NCBI GenBank assembly: GCA_963704645.1
Contig: OY969926.1
Coordinates: 160,001-224,000 of the forward strand
DNA from: an uncultured bacterium
GTDB taxonomy: Bacteria > Patescibacteriota > JACMRA01
Direction of reading: 5' to 3'
DNA: 64,000 nt
In this document: positions 9,729 to 20,153 of the stretch, piece by piece
How the letters are laid out: the number at the start of each line of letters is the position of its first letter
How positions within the stretch are numbered: position 1 is the first letter of the stretch
Notes under the pieces: generated by a model
Told to the model about the DNA's origin: nothing
Databases searched by the model: none
Seen by the model: only the letters and a program-made list of their open reading frames with translations
Position numbers and translations under genes: made by a program

Positions 9729-10157
9729 TTACTTTTTTTCTACCTCTTCAAATTTTCCCTTGTTGGATATTTTGTATTTTATATAGTTAAAGTTACTCGT
9801 TTCTTTGTCTTCCTTATATAATTTAATGAAAATGCTACACATGTGGTTTTTACTAATTTCCATTTCTTTTATATTACTAGAAAAGTTAGTATTCATACAT
9901 TGCGGACTAAAAATCATATCAATAACATTTTTATTAACTACTGGATATAGTATATCGTAGTCAAAAACGTAGTCATCAATTGGTTTTTCAATAGTCTTGC
10001 ACTCAACAGAGACAACAACTGTTTGGTATGAAGAGTTTGTACCTTTTAAAAAAAGTAAGTAATTTTCATTACCTATTCTCTGATTCTTTGGTCTTGTTAT
10101 TTCAATATTATAAGAAAAATAGACGAATGAAAGAAAGAAAACAATAACGACTACCAA
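9729..10157 (-). CDS. Putative immunity protein of orphan Rhs cassette (5' end probably frameshifted from ATG 10213)
   Basis: Downstream of the orphan CT; hydrophobic N-terminus extends upstream as LLFIFLVVVIV; the ATG 10213 frame stops at TAG ~10151. Confidence 0.5.
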   Translation of the reverse strand: MVVVIVFFLSFVYFSYNIEITRPKNQRIGNENYLLFLKGTNSSYQTVVVSVECKTIEKPIDDYVFDYDILYPVVNKNVIDMIFSPQCMNTNFSSNIKEMEISKNHMCSIFIKLYKEDKETSNFNYIKYKISNKGKFEEVEKK

Positions 10158-10274
10158 GAAAATAAATAGGAGATTCTATTAAAAATTTGTTTTTTATTTA
10201 AAATTGTATTCATATTAATGCATAAATGTTAAGTTTCTAATTTTGTCTCTGTCTTGTTCTAAAAGAGTTTGTGC

Positions 10275-10670
10275 TTACCCTACATCATTTCTGAAATCTT
10301 TATAATACTTCTGATCTATTTCTTTCCAATTATATGGAGCATTTGGATTATTATGTATAGCAGCAGCCTCAGCCATTTCATCAATAGAATAATCTATCGC
10401 AACACATACACCATTTTTATATGTATTTTTGATATAATCATTTCCATACTTATACCTCATCATTCCATCCAAAGAACGTCTCATTCCTGCAGCAGCAAGA
10501 TAAACACTTGCTTGATCGCTAGTAAGATTTTTAGATGCCCATTTTACCCAATATTCCATATCGGTACCTGAATAATCTTTTGAATAATACTTTACCAGTT
10601 CTTTAGCATGGCTTGGCTTGGTATTTGTCAAACCTTCAGACCATCCAAGACCTCCATCTTTAGTAGGTGT
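10275..10670 (-). pseudogene. Orphan Rhs C-terminal toxin fragment, lysozyme/SLT-like
   Basis: Frame is open upstream of TTG 10631 as TPTKDGGLGWSEGLTNTKPSHA; later NLTSDQASVYLAAAGM...AAAIHN resembles SLT motifs. Confidence 0.5.
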
Positions 10671-10674
10671 AAGC

Positions 10675-10834
10675 GGTAGTTTTTATCACTTTGGCCATTG
10701 GATTTAGTTGTTCCGACAACAGAGTCTAGGGCGTCGTGGAAGTAGAAAGTAGTTTGGCCAGATAGTTTGTCTAAAGAGAACAATATTGACTGGTTTGTGG
10801 AATCTCTAAATATGTCTGTTTCCTGTTTGTTTTG
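10675..10834 (-). repeat. ~160-bp diverged direct repeat of Rhs core DNA (other copy ~13496-13656)
   Basis: QNKQETDIFRDSTNQSILFSLDKLSGQTTFYFHDALDSVVGTTKSNGQSDKNYR is near-identical to the Rhs core; the DNA aligns by eye. Confidence 0.95.
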
Positions 10835-10852
10835 AACCACACTAAAATTATA

Positions 10853-11248
10853 CTATTTTAATACAACTTTGGTTTTTGTTAAAATATCATGAAGCATCTG
10901 CTTGTTTTTGGTTGTGAAATAGGCTATAAATCCAAAAGGAAATAGATATTTTAATAGAGATCTGAGAATTATTTGTATAGTACTAACTTTTCTACCATCT
11001 TGATAGTCAACGACTTTAATTTTAAAAATAAATTTACCCAAAGTTCTGCTAAAAATTAATTCTAATATTGTAGAATATAAAACTGCAATGTATAAATTGG
11101 TAATGCTAAAAAATACTATATATTGATTTATGTCGGCAGGTTTCCAAAAACTTAAAACTAGCTGGGAGACGCCAGTTATTGCTATAGTAAGGATAACCAA
11201 ATCTATAATGAGAGCACAAAATCTTTTTAAGAAAATTAAATTTGTCAT
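10853..11248 (-). CDS. RDD family membrane protein
   Basis: KRFCALIID...RTLGKFIFKIKVV...R...QMLHDILTKTKVV. Confidence 0.9.
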   Translation of the reverse strand: MTNLIFLKRFCALIIDLVILTIAITGVSQLVLSFWKPADINQYIVFFSITNLYIAVLYSTILELIFSRTLGKFIFKIKVVDYQDGRKVSTIQIILRSLLKYLFPFGFIAYFTTKNKQMLHDILTKTKVVLK

Positions 11249-11253
11249 AACTT

Positions 11254-11829
11254 CTAGATAATTTTGTTTATTTTGTTTTTTCTGTAAATTAAATTGTAAT
11301 ATAGGGTTAGACCAACTGTTACGATAAATATAATTGTAATTGTAATTAATAGCTGATTGTAGTTTTGTAAAATATTCTCAAGTTTGTTTTCACTAGTTTT
11401 AAAATGATATGCGGGATCCATTTTTTTAAATAAATCAGTGTTTTTGATTAGTAATTTTTGATTTTCTTTGGTATATCTTATACCTACTGGGTACTTAGTT
11501 AAATTTAAATCTTTTTTAGACAAATCTAATTGAATTATAACCACAAAATTATTATCTTCGGATTTAATAGAATAAATGCTGTATTTGAATTCGGTTACAT
11601 TATCTATTTGACTATTAAATAAGTCCTTATACTCTTGTTGTGCTTCATAAATAAATAAATCCTTAATAGTTGTCTTATCATTTGCTCGGATATAATTTGC
11701 TAGTTGTTCTACTGCAATTTTAATCTCTTTTTCAGAGCTTGGGTCAACATCTACTTCTGCATTTACCACGATTGGATTTAACAAAACTAGTAGAAATAGC
11801 GTTACAATTGTATTGATTATTTTTGGCAT
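11254..11829 (-). CDS. Exported protein with signal peptide and C-terminal TM
   Basis: VNA-E cleavage-like site, C-terminal TM followed by a basic tail. Confidence 0.7.
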   Translation of the reverse strand: MPKIINTIVTLFLLVLLNPIVVNAEVDVDPSSEKEIKIAVEQLANYIRANDKTTIKDLFIYEAQQEYKDLFNSQIDNVTEFKYSIYSIKSEDNNFVVIIQLDLSKKDLNLTKYPVGIRYTKENQKLLIKNTDLFKKMDPAYHFKTSENKLENILQNYNQLLITITIIFIVTVGLTLYYNLIYRKNKINKII

Positions 11830-11891
11830 AAATGTTTTAGCTTACATTCCTATGAATAGTCTGGAGTTACGTTAGACACAAAGGGTTAAGG

Positions 11892-12521
11892 CTATCTCTT
11901 ATATTCTTCTGGAAACCAAGGTAGATAGCCATCCTTCACTAACTGAGCATACCATTCATCTAAAGACTTAAATTCAATTTTTTCAATATCTGAATTATCT
12001 AAAAAAGTATTAAATTCTGATTCTGATTCGTAATTCTGAATTTCTTTAGTGTCGGATTTTATCACTTTCCAAAAGGGCATATTTTCACCAGCTTTGACCG
12101 GCAAGCTAGTTTCTGTATCTCTTTCATACCTATCACTTATTTGAAAAAGAATAATATATTCCTTGTTATAGGCCATGCTTTCATATCCAAAACCAATTTG
12201 CTCTTCTTTATTATAAGTAATCCAATCACCATTCAAATTTATCATATAATAAGGGTCGGCAAGCGGTATTCTACTAAAATCATAACCAGACCAAATTGTA
12301 TAAAAATCCTCACCTTCATAAACCTGATTCAATGGAGCAAACAACACTGTTAATTCTCTATTTACCTTTTCTCCAAATTTATCTGAAAAAGGCAAGGCAA
12401 TATTTTTAAAGAAAAAGAAGCCCAGTGTTAGAATTACTAAGCTTATAGTTGTAAATATTGCCAGAATAGAAGCTAAAGCTATGAGGATCTTTTTTTTATT
12501 ATTTTTTATTAAATTAAACAT
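11892..12521 (-). CDS. Putative cognate immunity protein of the Rhs toxin (membrane-anchored)
   Basis: ATG 7 nt after the Rhs stop; N-terminal TM, soluble domain with RIPLADPY. Confidence 0.65.
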   Translation of the reverse strand: MFNLIKNNKKKILIALASILAIFTTISLVILTLGFFFFKNIALPFSDKFGEKVNRELTVLFAPLNQVYEGEDFYTIWSGYDFSRIPLADPYYMINLNGDWITYNKEEQIGFGYESMAYNKEYIILFQISDRYERDTETSLPVKAGENMPFWKVIKSDTKEIQNYESESEFNTFLDNSDIEKIEFKSLDEWYAQLVKDGYLPWFPEEYKR

Positions 12522-12528
12522 ATGATTT

Positions 12529-15500
12529 TTAATTAATTTTTGTAGTCCAGCTAGCATTGATCGTCATATTTTCATTTCCACCAATAACGTCGTGATACCA
12601 ATACCCCATCACACCTGTGATTTGATTATAATACTTGGATCTACCTTCAGCAGGTCTAAGGTCTAATAAATCACTAAAACTGTAATTTATTGATATGCAG
12701 CCTTCTTTAGTAACATTTACATTGGCATATACAGTTGTATTTCTTATTAACCAAGTTAACTCATTAAAACCTACATTCCATGTTTCAGCATGCCTTAAAG
12801 GGTTGTTATTGTTCAATGAATACCAGTTTTCGTTAATAGAACTCCATCTGTCTCCACCTAATCCTATCCGCTTACCATATAAAACATTACCATCTACAAT
12901 TTCATAATAATCAAATTCAAAACTATTATTACCATAGTTAGTATTTGCTTTAGCAATAGAAATTAATTCTTGTTCATAAGCTATCATAGCTGGATCATTC
13001 TTAACATTTTCAAGGACACTACCTTTTAGATAAATAGAATCTTTATTCATAATTGACAAAGTTGTAGCCTCAAGAACATTTTCATATGGTAAACCACCAG
13101 GGCTATTATTAACTTCATCGTCAAAGTAGGAGCCCACACCTTCTCTAAATCCATCATATGTGTTCTTTATGGCTGCACCTACTTGAGAAGTATTACTTAC
13201 TGTTCCCTCCACAATCCAATTGACTTGGTCTTCCCCCCAATAGTACCCATAATAATCCCTATAGGTCATCGGACTGTTTTTTACATACCCATATCTATGT
13301 AAACTTTGTGGTGATTTTATTTGCCCTCTATAACTATCTTGTTGCAGCCAGGTTCCTGTAGTTGGATCGTAGGCTCTACTGTATAATTCATATACGTTTA
13401 AATTATCATCGTATTCTTGATTGGTGTAGGTAAAGTTGTTGTGAGGAGAGGTGAAATTACCATTTTGTGGTTCTATTCCTCCAAAGTCTCCGTATCTGTA
13501 ATTTTTATCGCTTTGTCCATTGGATTTAGTTGTTCCGACAACAGAGTCTAGAGCATCGTGGAAGTAGAAACTGGTTTGGCCAGATGGCTTGTCTAAAGAG
13601 AACAATATTGACTGGTTTGTTGGATCACTAAATATGTCTGTTTCCTGTTTGTTTTGCATGTTTTTAAACATGATTGGGTCTAGATTGTCGTAGGCATATT
13701 GCGTGGCTTTTACTCCACCATTCCCTACTTTTGGATCGTAGGTTTTAACTAATCTTCTACCTATTCCATCATAAGCCATGGTAGTCTGAGATCGTTGATT
13801 AAAGCTAGCAGAAGTTGTTGGGTTAGTTTTAGCGTTTCCTTGGTAAGCCTGACTACTTGTTAATCTATTTTCATAGTCATAGGTGTAAGACTCTCCCTGC
13901 ACTGCTGGACCACTTGGACCTGGGAATCTTTTATCGATACGGTTCCCATTTTTATTATAGGTAAAGTTTACTGATTTAAGGTTTTTATCGGCATTTTTGA
14001 TATTGCCTTTACTATCTACAGATAGATAATCTAAAGCTTTATCAAGTTTTACCTGCAGACTATTGGTGATACCGTCAGAATCAATTTGACCGCCAGATCT
14101 CGCAGTAGATATAGCTTGTTTTAGAGCTTGTATCTTAGATGTAGCTTCGTCAGTATTTAAACTACCAGTTTCCAAATCAACAATTAAACTAGAAGTTTGA
14201 GAAATCAGATCTTGTGCAGTAGCAGATGTAATATGCTTACCATTTTGAGCTGAAAGTTCGCTAAGAAGTGCATAGATTGCTTGATTTACTGACTCAGTTA
14301 TTACAGATTTTGTATTTCCTGTTGAGCCACCTGAACCATTTCCCTGATTTGAAGTTTGTGAAGATGAAGAATTTGAAGTTGAGTTAGAATTATTTCCGTT
14401 TCCTTTGTTACCAGAATTGCCATTAGCATTACTGTTTGCCATTAGCATAGAGCTACTTTGCTGAACAGTTTGTAGCCCTGCTACACTTGAATTTGGACTT
14501 TTGTTGTTACCTTTAGCATACTTTGTTTCCTCTAAAACATTTAGCATTCTGTTGGTGTTGCTATAGCTATAGGTTTGGGTTAGTTCATCAAAAGGTTGAT
14601 TGGTGGAGTTGTTGTTGGTAATTGGTTGACTCTGCTGATCATTTGTAACGTATTTCAAACGGTTTCCAACTGCATCGTAACTATATGTACTATAAATATT
14701 TTCAGAATCAGCAGATTTTGTAAGTCTACGAAGTGGATCATACTCATATTTTGTAGTAACCTCACTTGGCTTCCTCCATGCATATGTGGCTGACTGACTA
14801 ACACGCTGACTAACTTTGTCATATTCATATTTAAATGAAGAATTGTCCTTGCCACCTGTTTCCAAATTTTGTATGGAAAGTACTCGATTTACTTTGTCGT
14901 AAGCACTTTGTGTATAAGTCCCATTAGCAAAAGCAACTTTGGTAGTATTTCCAACTTTATCTCTTGAGTATACTGTATTTCCCGTATCTGAAGCACTAAC
15001 ACCCGCTAACCAGTTATTTTTCTGGTAGGTATAGCTTACTTTTTTACCATCTGGATAAGTAAGGCTAGTTTTATTACCAACTTTATCATAACTATAATTT
15101 ATATTTCTACCAAAATCATCTACAACTTTAGTAATTCTATTTAGTTTATCCAAAGTCCAAGATGTCTGACCCAAATTGTCTTTCATGTTTGTCCTGTTGT
15201 TGTTAGGATCATAATTGAAAGTAATTGCAAACCCATTAGTTTTGGCTTTATCCAAGACCCCAGATGGGTTAAATATTGCAGTAGACGAACTTGGTTTTTG
15301 GTATTTGATATCTTTAAGTTGATTATCTGGATAGTAACTATAGTTTGTAATTTGATTTTCAGCATCAACTCTGCTGATACGATTTCCAACCTTATCATAT
15401 TTATATTGCCAAGTATTATCATCGGCGTCTTTTTCAGTAATTATTCTATTTAAAGAGTCAAAAATAAAGTTAGAGTCATTATTGTTAGCATCGGTGATTT

Positions 15501-18500
15501 TAACTAAATTACTATTAGGATCATAACTATAGATAGTTTTAACATTGGTTTGGTTGTCGCTAGTAGCCCCATTTTTAGAATTCTCAACAACTTCAATAAG
15601 TCTATATATTTTATCAAAGTTGTATTTTGTTACCACGCCATCAGCTTCAGTTTTTGTAGTTTGACTGTATTCTTTATCATAACCAAAACTTGTAACTTGG
15701 TTTTCAGCATCGGTGATTTTTACATTCCTATCTAAAGAATCGTACTCATAAACTGTTGGATTGCCATTACCATCTGTTACCTTGCTAATGTTACCATTGC
15801 TATCGTACTCATACTTAGTAGAGTTTCCTTCAGCATCAATTTGTTCTATGGTACGGCTAAGATTGTCTACAGTGTATCTTGAAGTATTACCGTTGGCATC
15901 TGTTTGAGAAATTATATTGCCTATTTGATCATAGGTATAAGTTTCTACACCATTATCAGCATCAACTTTCTGAACTAAACGATCTAATTTATCAAAACTA
16001 TAACTAACTGGATTACCATTTCTATCAATTATTTTAATTAGATTAGAATTTGCGTCATAAGTATTTGTTTGTGAAAAGCCTTCAGCGTCAGTCTGCTTAA
16101 TCTGGCGATAAATTTTATCGAATGCAGTAGTAGTTGCGTTACCGTTGGCATCTATATATTTAATCTGATTACCCACTAAATCATATACATTTGTCTGAAC
16201 TCCGCCTAAAGCATCTTTTTTATAGACAGGTCTATTTAGACCATCAAAAGTATAAATAGTTACCCCTCCCTTAGGGTCAATATTTTGGGTAAGATTGCCT
16301 ACTTTGTCGTAACTAAACTGAGATTTTAGATTTTCAGCATTAATGGAGACTACTAAACGATTTAAACTATCGTATTGGTTAGTTGTTGGGTTACCATTTC
16401 TGTCGGTTACTTTAATTAAATTGTTGACTTTGTCATACACAAATTTAGTAGTGTTACCTTCTGAATCAATAATAGCCGTATTTCTGTTAGCTAGGTCATA
16501 TTCAAAACTAGTTTTAAATCCTCTTGGGTTGGTAACTGAAAGTAGATTTCCAACTAAATCGTAGGTAAACTCAGTTTTTAAATTAACATTTGAACTAGAC
16601 TGCGAATTAGATACATAATTATCAGTTTTTTGTACTAACCTATCCAAATCATCATAAACTAATTTAGTAACTGCACCTTTTTCACTCTTCATTTCAAGCA
16701 TATTGTCATTAGGGTCGTACACAAAATCTTGAGCTTGCCCTAAACTATCAGTTTGTTTAACTAGTCTATGTAAAGGATCGTACTGGTACTTTGTAGTATT
16801 TCCGTTAGGGTTAGTAGTCTCAAGCAGATTACCATATTTATCATAACTAAATTTAGTTATATTTCCTTCAGCATCTGTTTGTTTAGTAACTCTATCTAAA
16901 ATATCTCTTTCTAGTGTAGTAGCATTACCATTTGGATCAATCACTTTCAAAACTTGTCCTAGAGGAGAGTATTCCATCTTTGTTTGGGCTTTTAGACCTT
17001 GGGAATCTTGAATTTGGCTTGTAATTCTGTATAACGGATCATACTCAAAAGCTTCTACCCTGCCTTCACCGTCAATAATTTTTGTTGGTAAATATTTAGC
17101 GTTGTAACTAATTTGTTTTGTGCTAGACTCTGGAGCAGTACTTGCTACTTGTTGGGATTTAATATAAAACGAGGGATTGTTAGTAAAAGTTGTAACCCTG
17201 CTCTCAGCGTCAACTTGTCTCAAGGGTTCATTCATTTTGCCATACTCAAAAGTAGTTTCAAAACCTAATTCATTAATAACTTTTGCGATCATTTCAGAAT
17301 TATCAAAGACTGTTTGGACAGCTCCACCATTACTATTTATCTGCTTTATAGGTCTATCATTTTTATCATATTCAAAACCAATCTGATATCCTAATGGACC
17401 ATTTACTGATACCAAATTGTCATTTAAATCATAAGTGAATTTTAGACTATTACCTTTTTTATTTACAAAAGTAGTTTTTCTACCAAGTCCGTCATATTCA
17501 TAAATAGTAGATTGCCCTAGTGCATCTATTTCTTTAACTAAATCACCATAAGAATTATATTCATATTTGGTTGAGTTGCCGTTTACATCAATAACTTCAA
17601 TCAATTGGCTAAAGTCATTATACTTTCTAATCTCAGCCCCACCATTTGGATCTGTTATTTTTGTAAGATTACCCTTGGAGTCATGCTCCCACGTTGTTTT
17701 TCTTTCAGGTAAAATTTTGATTTCAGAAACTGGTTTGTTAATTTCCAAATTGAATGTGCGAGTAGTTTTTTGGCCAAGAGGATTAATAACTTCGGTCTGA
17801 TTGTTATTTTCGTCGTACTCAAATTGATATGTGTTTCCAGCTTCATCAATTTCTTTAGTTACTTGTTTTTTTGCATTATACTCAAATTTGGTAACAATTC
17901 CAGATTGGTCTGTATTAGATACCATCAACCCGTTTTGATCATAATTGTAAGTTTGAATATTTCCATAGTGATCAGATACTTTTGTTGATGTAGGAACATC
18001 TTCGTTTGAACCAGCTGGCTGGCTATAACTATAATTTTGAATGAAATTTGCTCCAGCTAACTGCGAGGTTGCTCTACCAGCATTATCGTAAGTATTTTGG
18101 TAGAAACTATGACCTTCTGGACTAATCTTTTTCAAAATTCTATGATTTTCATCATATTCAAATCTGGTTTCCCCACCCTTAGCATTTATTATACTAGTTA
18201 AATCTTTTGCTCCACTATATAAAAAGCTAATAGACTGAGCTTCTGGTGCAAGCATCTTTGTTACCAACCCCTCAGCGCCGTATTCAAATTGAACTTGCCT
18301 ACCACCATCGGCTGTAATTTTGGTTAGTTTAGATAAATTTACAAATTTGTTTTGATCTATATATTCAAAATTTAGTCCATTTCCCTGTAAATCTTCCATT
18401 CTTTTAAGATCGCCAAAACTGTCAAAAAATAATTTAGACTTATCTTTTTTATTAAGAACATAGCCGTCCCCATCTTTCTCAAGCTTATCATAATTACCTA

Positions 18501-19896
18501 CATCTGGAGTCAGATTATCACCAGTATACACTGTCACGTTTCCAGTTGGATCAGTGATAAAAGCACCTTTAAAATCAGCATTATCCATTTCTAGCAAATG
18601 ATAATTGTACTGATGAGTCCAACTTTCTCCAAAAATTGTAGGTTGTCCACCTAAACCATTGTACTGCAAACTAAGGTTGATATTTGGTCTTCCAGTAATA
18701 TTTATAAGTTCAACCTGCTCCATTAGATTGCCATTTTGAGTATTTATTGGATCTCCAATACATCCACTACATGGATCTTGAACAGCTGAGGCTGAAGGTA
18801 AAAATCCATTGGAAATACGTTTGTAATCAATAAACCAAGCTTCTTTAGGTACCCCAATATTTTTACCAGGACCTCGAGTAACGTAGCCAAATGTAGGATT
18901 CCAAATAGATTCATTTCCAGCTTTATCATAAGCTATAATATAATAATCTAGCTTCGCACCATAATTATATGGAGTAATTGCCGAGTATTTACCATTTCCA
19001 TTGTCATTCAATTCTACTAGTTCACCATTTAAGGAGAAGTAAACCTTGCCTACACCACTTCCTTCGTCAGTTACTTTCACCTCAATAAAGACTTTGCCAT
19101 TTACAGCAGTAACTTTAGCATCTTCAATTTTAGGTGGTAATAAATCAAGATTTGGCATGTCACATTCACCAAAACAAACAGCATCAGCTATAGTGTACTC
19201 AACACCTGTTCCTGGACCTGTACTAATATAGGATGCAACCCAAGATGTATCATTGCCATCAAAATTGAATTTTCCTAAAGAAACTTTTTGCCCAGCCTTT
19301 TCGTATTGATTGATAGGTACTAATTCTGCGCCATCAGCATTGCGAACAAAATAAGTAATAATGGTTGGTTCTGTAGCAGTAGCCAAACTTGGATCAGCTG
19401 ATTGCACTGGTGGAATGGTGGCAAATAGCTCTACCTCTCCATCTAACTTTGTATAGTCAGGATTCCAAAATGCTAGAGCACCGCGATCAAGTGAAAATAT
19501 TGAGGTTTGGTTGTAACCAACTAATTGTGGAGTCCAAACTCCAAGCGTAGTAAAACAATTAGTTTTGTCTATTTCTGGATTACTAAGTGCAGGATCAGAA
19601 TCATCAACCACCACTCCACAATCTTCATACGGGTTGGAAACTACAGTACAGGCTGGGTCATTAGGGTCACAGCTGGTGGAGCTACTATTTGGTTCGCTAG
19701 ATGTTGTAACATAGTTAGTAAAGTGATTTGTCAAGGCTTTCACAGTACCATTTTGAACACTGCTAACCACTGATTCCCACTTAGCATTTACTTCGTTAAA
19801 AAAGTAAGTTTTCAAGTTTTGAGGGTTTTTATCTGCTGTAAATCTAGTTTCAATTGTAATATCTTTATTAAATTTAGTAACTTCTTTGTAGTTCAA
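12529..19896 (-). CDS. Rhs/YD-repeat polymorphic toxin, main body (frame open up to 20163)
   Basis: GDPINTQNGN (DUF6531-like), dozens of YD repeats, core YTNQEYD...SRAYDPTTGTWLQQD...YGYVKNSPMTYRDYYG, then a ~238-aa CT. Confidence 0.95.
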   Translation of the reverse strand: MNYKEVTKFNKDITIETRFTADKNPQNLKTYFFNEVNAKWESVVSSVQNGTVKALTNHFTNYVTTSSEPNSSSTSCDPNDPACTVVSNPYEDCGVVVDDSDPALSNPEIDKTNCFTTLGVWTPQLVGYNQTSIFSLDRGALAFWNPDYTKLDGEVELFATIPPVQSADPSLATATEPTIITYFVRNADGAELVPINQYEKAGQKVSLGKFNFDGNDTSWVASYISTGPGTGVEYTIADAVCFGECDMPNLDLLPPKIEDAKVTAVNGKVFIEVKVTDEGSGVGKVYFSLNGELVELNDNGNGKYSAITPYNYGAKLDYYIIAYDKAGNESIWNPTFGYVTRGPGKNIGVPKEAWFIDYKRISNGFLPSASAVQDPCSGCIGDPINTQNGNLMEQVELINITGRPNINLSLQYNGLGGQPTIFGESWTHQYNYHLLEMDNADFKGAFITDPTGNVTVYTGDNLTPDVGNYDKLEKDGDGYVLNKKDKSKLFFDSFGDLKRMEDLQGNGLNFEYIDQNKFVNLSKLTKITADGGRQVQFEYGAEGLVTKMLAPEAQSISFLYSGAKDLTSIINAKGGETRFEYDENHRILKKISPEGHSFYQNTYDNAGRATSQLAGANFIQNYSYSQPAGSNEDVPTSTKVSDHYGNIQTYNYDQNGLMVSNTDQSGIVTKFEYNAKKQVTKEIDEAGNTYQFEYDENNNQTEVINPLGQKTTRTFNLEINKPVSEIKILPERKTTWEHDSKGNLTKITDPNGGAEIRKYNDFSQLIEVIDVNGNSTKYEYNSYGDLVKEIDALGQSTIYEYDGLGRKTTFVNKKGNSLKFTYDLNDNLVSVNGPLGYQIGFEYDKNDRPIKQINSNGGAVQTVFDNSEMIAKVINELGFETTFEYGKMNEPLRQVDAESRVTTFTNNPSFYIKSQQVASTAPESSTKQISYNAKYLPTKIIDGEGRVEAFEYDPLYRITSQIQDSQGLKAQTKMEYSPLGQVLKVIDPNGNATTLERDILDRVTKQTDAEGNITKFSYDKYGNLLETTNPNGNTTKYQYDPLHRLVKQTDSLGQAQDFVYDPNDNMLEMKSEKGAVTKLVYDDLDRLVQKTDNYVSNSQSSSNVNLKTEFTYDLVGNLLSVTNPRGFKTSFEYDLANRNTAIIDSEGNTTKFVYDKVNNLIKVTDRNGNPTTNQYDSLNRLVVSINAENLKSQFSYDKVGNLTQNIDPKGGVTIYTFDGLNRPVYKKDALGGVQTNVYDLVGNQIKYIDANGNATTTAFDKIYRQIKQTDAEGFSQTNTYDANSNLIKIIDRNGNPVSYSFDKLDRLVQKVDADNGVETYTYDQIGNIISQTDANGNTSRYTVDNLSRTIEQIDAEGNSTKYEYDSNGNISKVTDGNGNPTVYEYDSLDRNVKITDAENQVTSFGYDKEYSQTTKTEADGVVTKYNFDKIYRLIEVVENSKNGATSDNQTNVKTIYSYDPNSNLVKITDANNNDSNFIFDSLNRIITEKDADDNTWQYKYDKVGNRISRVDAENQITNYSYYPDNQLKDIKYQKPSSSTAIFNPSGVLDKAKTNGFAITFNYDPNNNRTNMKDNLGQTSWTLDKLNRITKVVDDFGRNINYSYDKVGNKTSLTYPDGKKVSYTYQKNNWLAGVSASDTGNTVYSRDKVGNTTKVAFANGTYTQSAYDKVNRVLSIQNLETGGKDNSSFKYEYDKVSQRVSQSATYAWRKPSEVTTKYEYDPLRRLTKSADSENIYSTYSYDAVGNRLKYVTNDQQSQPITNNNSTNQPFDELTQTYSYSNTNRMLNVLEETKYAKGNNKSPNSSVAGLQTVQQSSSMLMANSNANGNSGNKGNGNNSNSTSNSSSSQTSNQGNGSGGSTGNTKSVITESVNQAIYALLSELSAQNGKHITSATAQDLISQTSSLIVDLETGSLNTDEATSKIQALKQAISTARSGGQIDSDGITNSLQVKLDKALDYLSVDSKGNIKNADKNLKSVNFTYNKNGNRIDKRFPGPSGPAVQGESYTYDYENRLTSSQAYQGNAKTNPTTSASFNQRSQTTMAYDGIGRRLVKTYDPKVGNGGVKATQYAYDNLDPIMFKNMQNKQETDIFSDPTNQSILFSLDKPSGQTSFYFHDALDSVVGTTKSNGQSDKNYRYGDFGGIEPQNGNFTSPHNNFTYTNQEYDDNLNVYELYSRAYDPTTGTWLQQDSYRGQIKSPQSLHRYGYVKNSPMTYRDYYGYYWGEDQVNWIVEGTVSNTSQVGAAIKNTYDGFREGVGSYFDDEVNNSPGGLPYENVLEATTLSIMNKDSIYLKGSVLENVKNDPAMIAYEQELISIAKANTNYGNNSFEFDYYEIVDGNVLYGKRIGLGGDRWSSINENWYSLNNNNPLRHAETWNVGFNELTWLIRNTTVYANVNVTKEGCISINYSFSDLLDLRPAEGRSKYYNQITGVMGYWYHDVIGGNENMTINASWTTKIN

Positions 19897-20153
19897 GTCT
19901 TGAGCAGTTAACTCGTACGTTGTGTCTATTGAAGGAGACTTGGCAGGGTCTAGGTTTTGAGCATCCTTTAGACGGCCAGTATTTTTATAGGTTACAATTA
20001 CGGGAGATTGTACAGCACCAGCAGGAAAAATTACACTTGTGTCGCCTACTACAAGACTCCCTCCGTTTTCTGGAGTAATATAGGCTTGAGCAAAACTTGA
20101 GTTGTACCTACCCTTATCTTGATTATCTTTAATTAAATTAGCAGTTTTATCTT

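Noticed and set aside
10675-13656. Diversity-generating retroelement TR/VR pair
   Set aside because: Mismatches are not adenine-specific, most are synonymous, and there is no reverse transcriptase; an orphan Rhs repeat explains it
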